From Mobula hypostoma (Eukaryota), in the NCBI RefSeq assembly GCF_963921235.1, contig NC_086097.1, positions 7,130,001 through 7,194,000 on the forward strand: 64,000 nt of DNA. The letters run 5' to 3'. Both the position numbers and the translations under genes were made by a program. The notes under the pieces are model-generated. The model made no database searches and was not told where the DNA came from. It saw nothing but the letters and a program-made list of their open reading frames with translations. This document shows positions 61,760-64,000 of this stretch, piece after piece (position 1 is the first letter of the stretch; every line of letters starts with the position of its first letter).

Positions 61760-63255
61760 TACCTCTTCCTAGAGATGCTGCCTGGCCTGCTGCGTTCACC
61801 AGCAACTTTTCTGTGTGTTGCCTGAAATTCCAGCATCTGCAGAATTCCTGGTGTTTACTCCTACTCCTGCTTCCCAATCACCTTACAACTTTAACCAATA
61901 TACAGTACAGTGCAAGACGCACCCTAGCTATATATATCTGCCTAAGACTTTTGCACAGTACTGTATGTCACCAAATTCAACCCTGAGATTCACCTTTTTG
62001 TGGGCATTTACAGGAAATATAAAAAAACAACAATAAAAGGCAAAATAATAATAAATCAGTAATAAATACCGGGTGGGAGGGGGCTGATGCTTCTGGTGTG
62101 CTCGTGCAAAGGTTGAAGGATGGTGAAGGCTTTGGGGCTTCAATGTTTCTATTGTTCTACGGGATTTCTTTATTTTGAGGATGTCTGTGAAGATGATGAA
62201 TTTCAGGTTTAATACCATATACATACTCTGATATTGAATGTACTTTGAAACCCTTGAAATACTGAGAACATGAGATGAAGAGTTCTTGAAAATGAGTCCT
62301 TAGGTTCATTGTTGGGATGAGTGAAGTTATCCTCTCCAGTTCAGAAGCCTGATGGTTGAGGGGTAATAATTTTTCCTGAACCTGGCGGTGTGGGTCTTGA
62401 GTCTCCTGTACTTCCTTCACTGTGCCCCATTGAGAAGGACTTCCATGAGTGAAGTTGCTTTCGGAAAAAAAAAACATTGCTCTTATTTCAAAAAAGTAGA
62501 AATTTCACAGCTTTATTCTTGTTTTAATGGCTATTTCAAAGAGAGGCTTATCAGTAATTGTACTATTTGCCGTTACCAGACATACTAATGATAGCTCCTA
62601 CATTCCTTCCATTTGTAATCGCATCACCATTCATTAAGGAACTCTGTACCAGCAGTCTCAGAATTTGAACACTGACTTGCTTAATGTCCTGTTATGCTCC
62701 CTGTCATGATTTATACACTCGAAGCCAAATGAAAGCTCACAAAAGGAATGCACAGTATGCACAAGACTGATAAGAAAGTTTAAAATGTGCATCACTGAAC
62801 AGGAAGGTGTGTGTGATTATTAAACAGTGTTCATTTTCTGACAGTGTGTTGCATGCATATCAAACTCTTTTTTTGCATTATGTTATCGCCCTGTCATTTT
62901 GTTCCTTAAAAGCTGAAAATAAAAACAGTGAAGGTTTAGGTTTGAACTTTTCCTGTGTTATGTTATCTGCGTGGATGGGGAACATTCCTTTCTGCTTGAG
63001 TGGGTGATCTGCGGGTCTGTTTTTAACACCTATTTCATCAAAACCAGACTTGAACTGCAGCTGGACTTGGGGATGTACAGCTCTTGAATTGTTTAATTTC
63101 TCAGACCAATTTTACTGCCCAAGTAAACCTGTAAATTGTAAGTGGAAAGTTTGTGCACCCACATTCACTGCACTGAACTGCCAAAGCAAAGTCAGATTGT
63201 TTTACATCCATTTATACATACTAGTTAAATTCGATGATCGTGTGGGTCTGTTAAA

Positions 63256-63800
63256 TGGCACAGTAGTGCAGCGGTTAGCACTATACTTTGTAATTCCAGT
63301 GACCTGGGTTCAATTCCTGTTGCTGTCTGTAAGGACTTTGTATGTTCTCCACATGACTGCGTGGGTTTCTTCTGGGTGCTCCAGTTTCCTCCCACAGTTT
63401 AAAGGTGTACCGGATAGTAGGTTAATTGGTCATTGTAAATTGTCCTGTGAATACATAAATCAATAAATTTATAAAAGCAGTTTAAGATAAGTTTACATAA
63501 CTTAGAAAGCTTAGAACTTGTAGTATAGCGGTTAGTGTAATGCTATGACAGCTCAGGAGACTGGAGTTTGGAATTCAATCCCAACACCCTGGTTAAGGAG
63601 TTTCTGTACATCCTCCCTGTAGAAGCCTTGGGTTTTCTCCGGATGCTCTGATTTCCTTCCACAGTACAAAGATGTACCAGCTAGTAGGTTAATTGGCCAG
63701 TGTAAGCTGTCTTGTGATTAGGTTCGGGTTGAATTGGGTGTTGCTGGTCTGCGCGGCTCTAAGGACTGGAAGGCCCTGTTCCACACTGTATCTCTAAAAA
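63256..63800 (+). mobile_element. Two tandem HE1/V-SINE-like SINEs (63256-63450 and 63520-63800)
   Basis: GGCACAGTAGTGCAGCGGTTAGC head, GGGTTCAATTCC B box and GGGTTT.(T/C)TC.GG.TGCTC core. Confidence 0.8.
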
Positions 63801-64000
63801 GAAACTGATCAATATATTCAAGCCTGAAAGTCTTTTAAGTTAATTGTTAACTTATAAAACACTTTTTCTTAACTTGGAAAGGCCTTGATAAATAACCCTG
63901 GTTGCCAGAAAATGGTCAATACTAACCAAACAAAGCAACTGGCTTCAGAATAACACCTGTCCAGATGATTACTCAGTTGGTGAAGCTTAGGAAAAAAGAA

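Larger units (their letters stand above)
61634..61855. mobile_element. Minimal inverted Penelope pLTR pair: 177-bp palindrome + 45-nt extra tail
   Basis: 61634-61810 is self-complementary around 61722; candidate TSD TACTCCTACT (61621-61630 and 61856-61865). Confidence 0.88.
61492..61963. mobile_element. TA-flanked element bounded by two miniature palindromic Tc1-type MITEs in inverted orientation
   Basis: Units 61492-61558 and 61903-61963 have CAGTACTGTGCAAAAGTC-type TIRs. The host repeat continues across the outer TA. Confidence 0.7.

Overview
Eukaryotic, repeat-dominated vertebrate DNA. It is most likely from a cartilaginous fish (inferred from the HE1/V-SINE-like and Deu-domain SINEs, the CR1 LINEs with (TTTCTATG)n tails and the abundant Penelope-like elements). 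Most of the 64 kb is nested transposable elements: three Tc1/mariner elements, many CR1 and Rex1/Babar-like LINE pieces (one young CR1 with an uninterrupted endonuclease+RT frame at 17.7-20.7 kb), an RTE 3' fragment, Gypsy LTR remnants and a solo LTR, and tRNA-derived SINEs. Only one reasonably supported host exon is visible (198 nt, minus strand, 37117-37314, protein unidentified). The most interesting signals are RNA-level. (1) A non-coding RTE-derived short retroelement (9745-10310, minus) carries a 5' end that folds by eye into a near-complete HDV-like self-cleaving ribozyme with an unusual hairpin inserted in L3, and it has degenerate relatives. (2) Penelope-like insertions recur as head-to-head inverted pairs with asymmetric ends and 10-13 bp target-site duplications, each arm carrying a minimal hammerhead motif; the smallest is a 177-bp palindrome of two back-to-back hammerheads. 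(3) A putative composite transposon is bounded by two miniature palindromic Tc1 MITEs. Boundaries of degenerate repeats are approximate, family names come from motif recognition by eye, and no database searches or folding programs were run.
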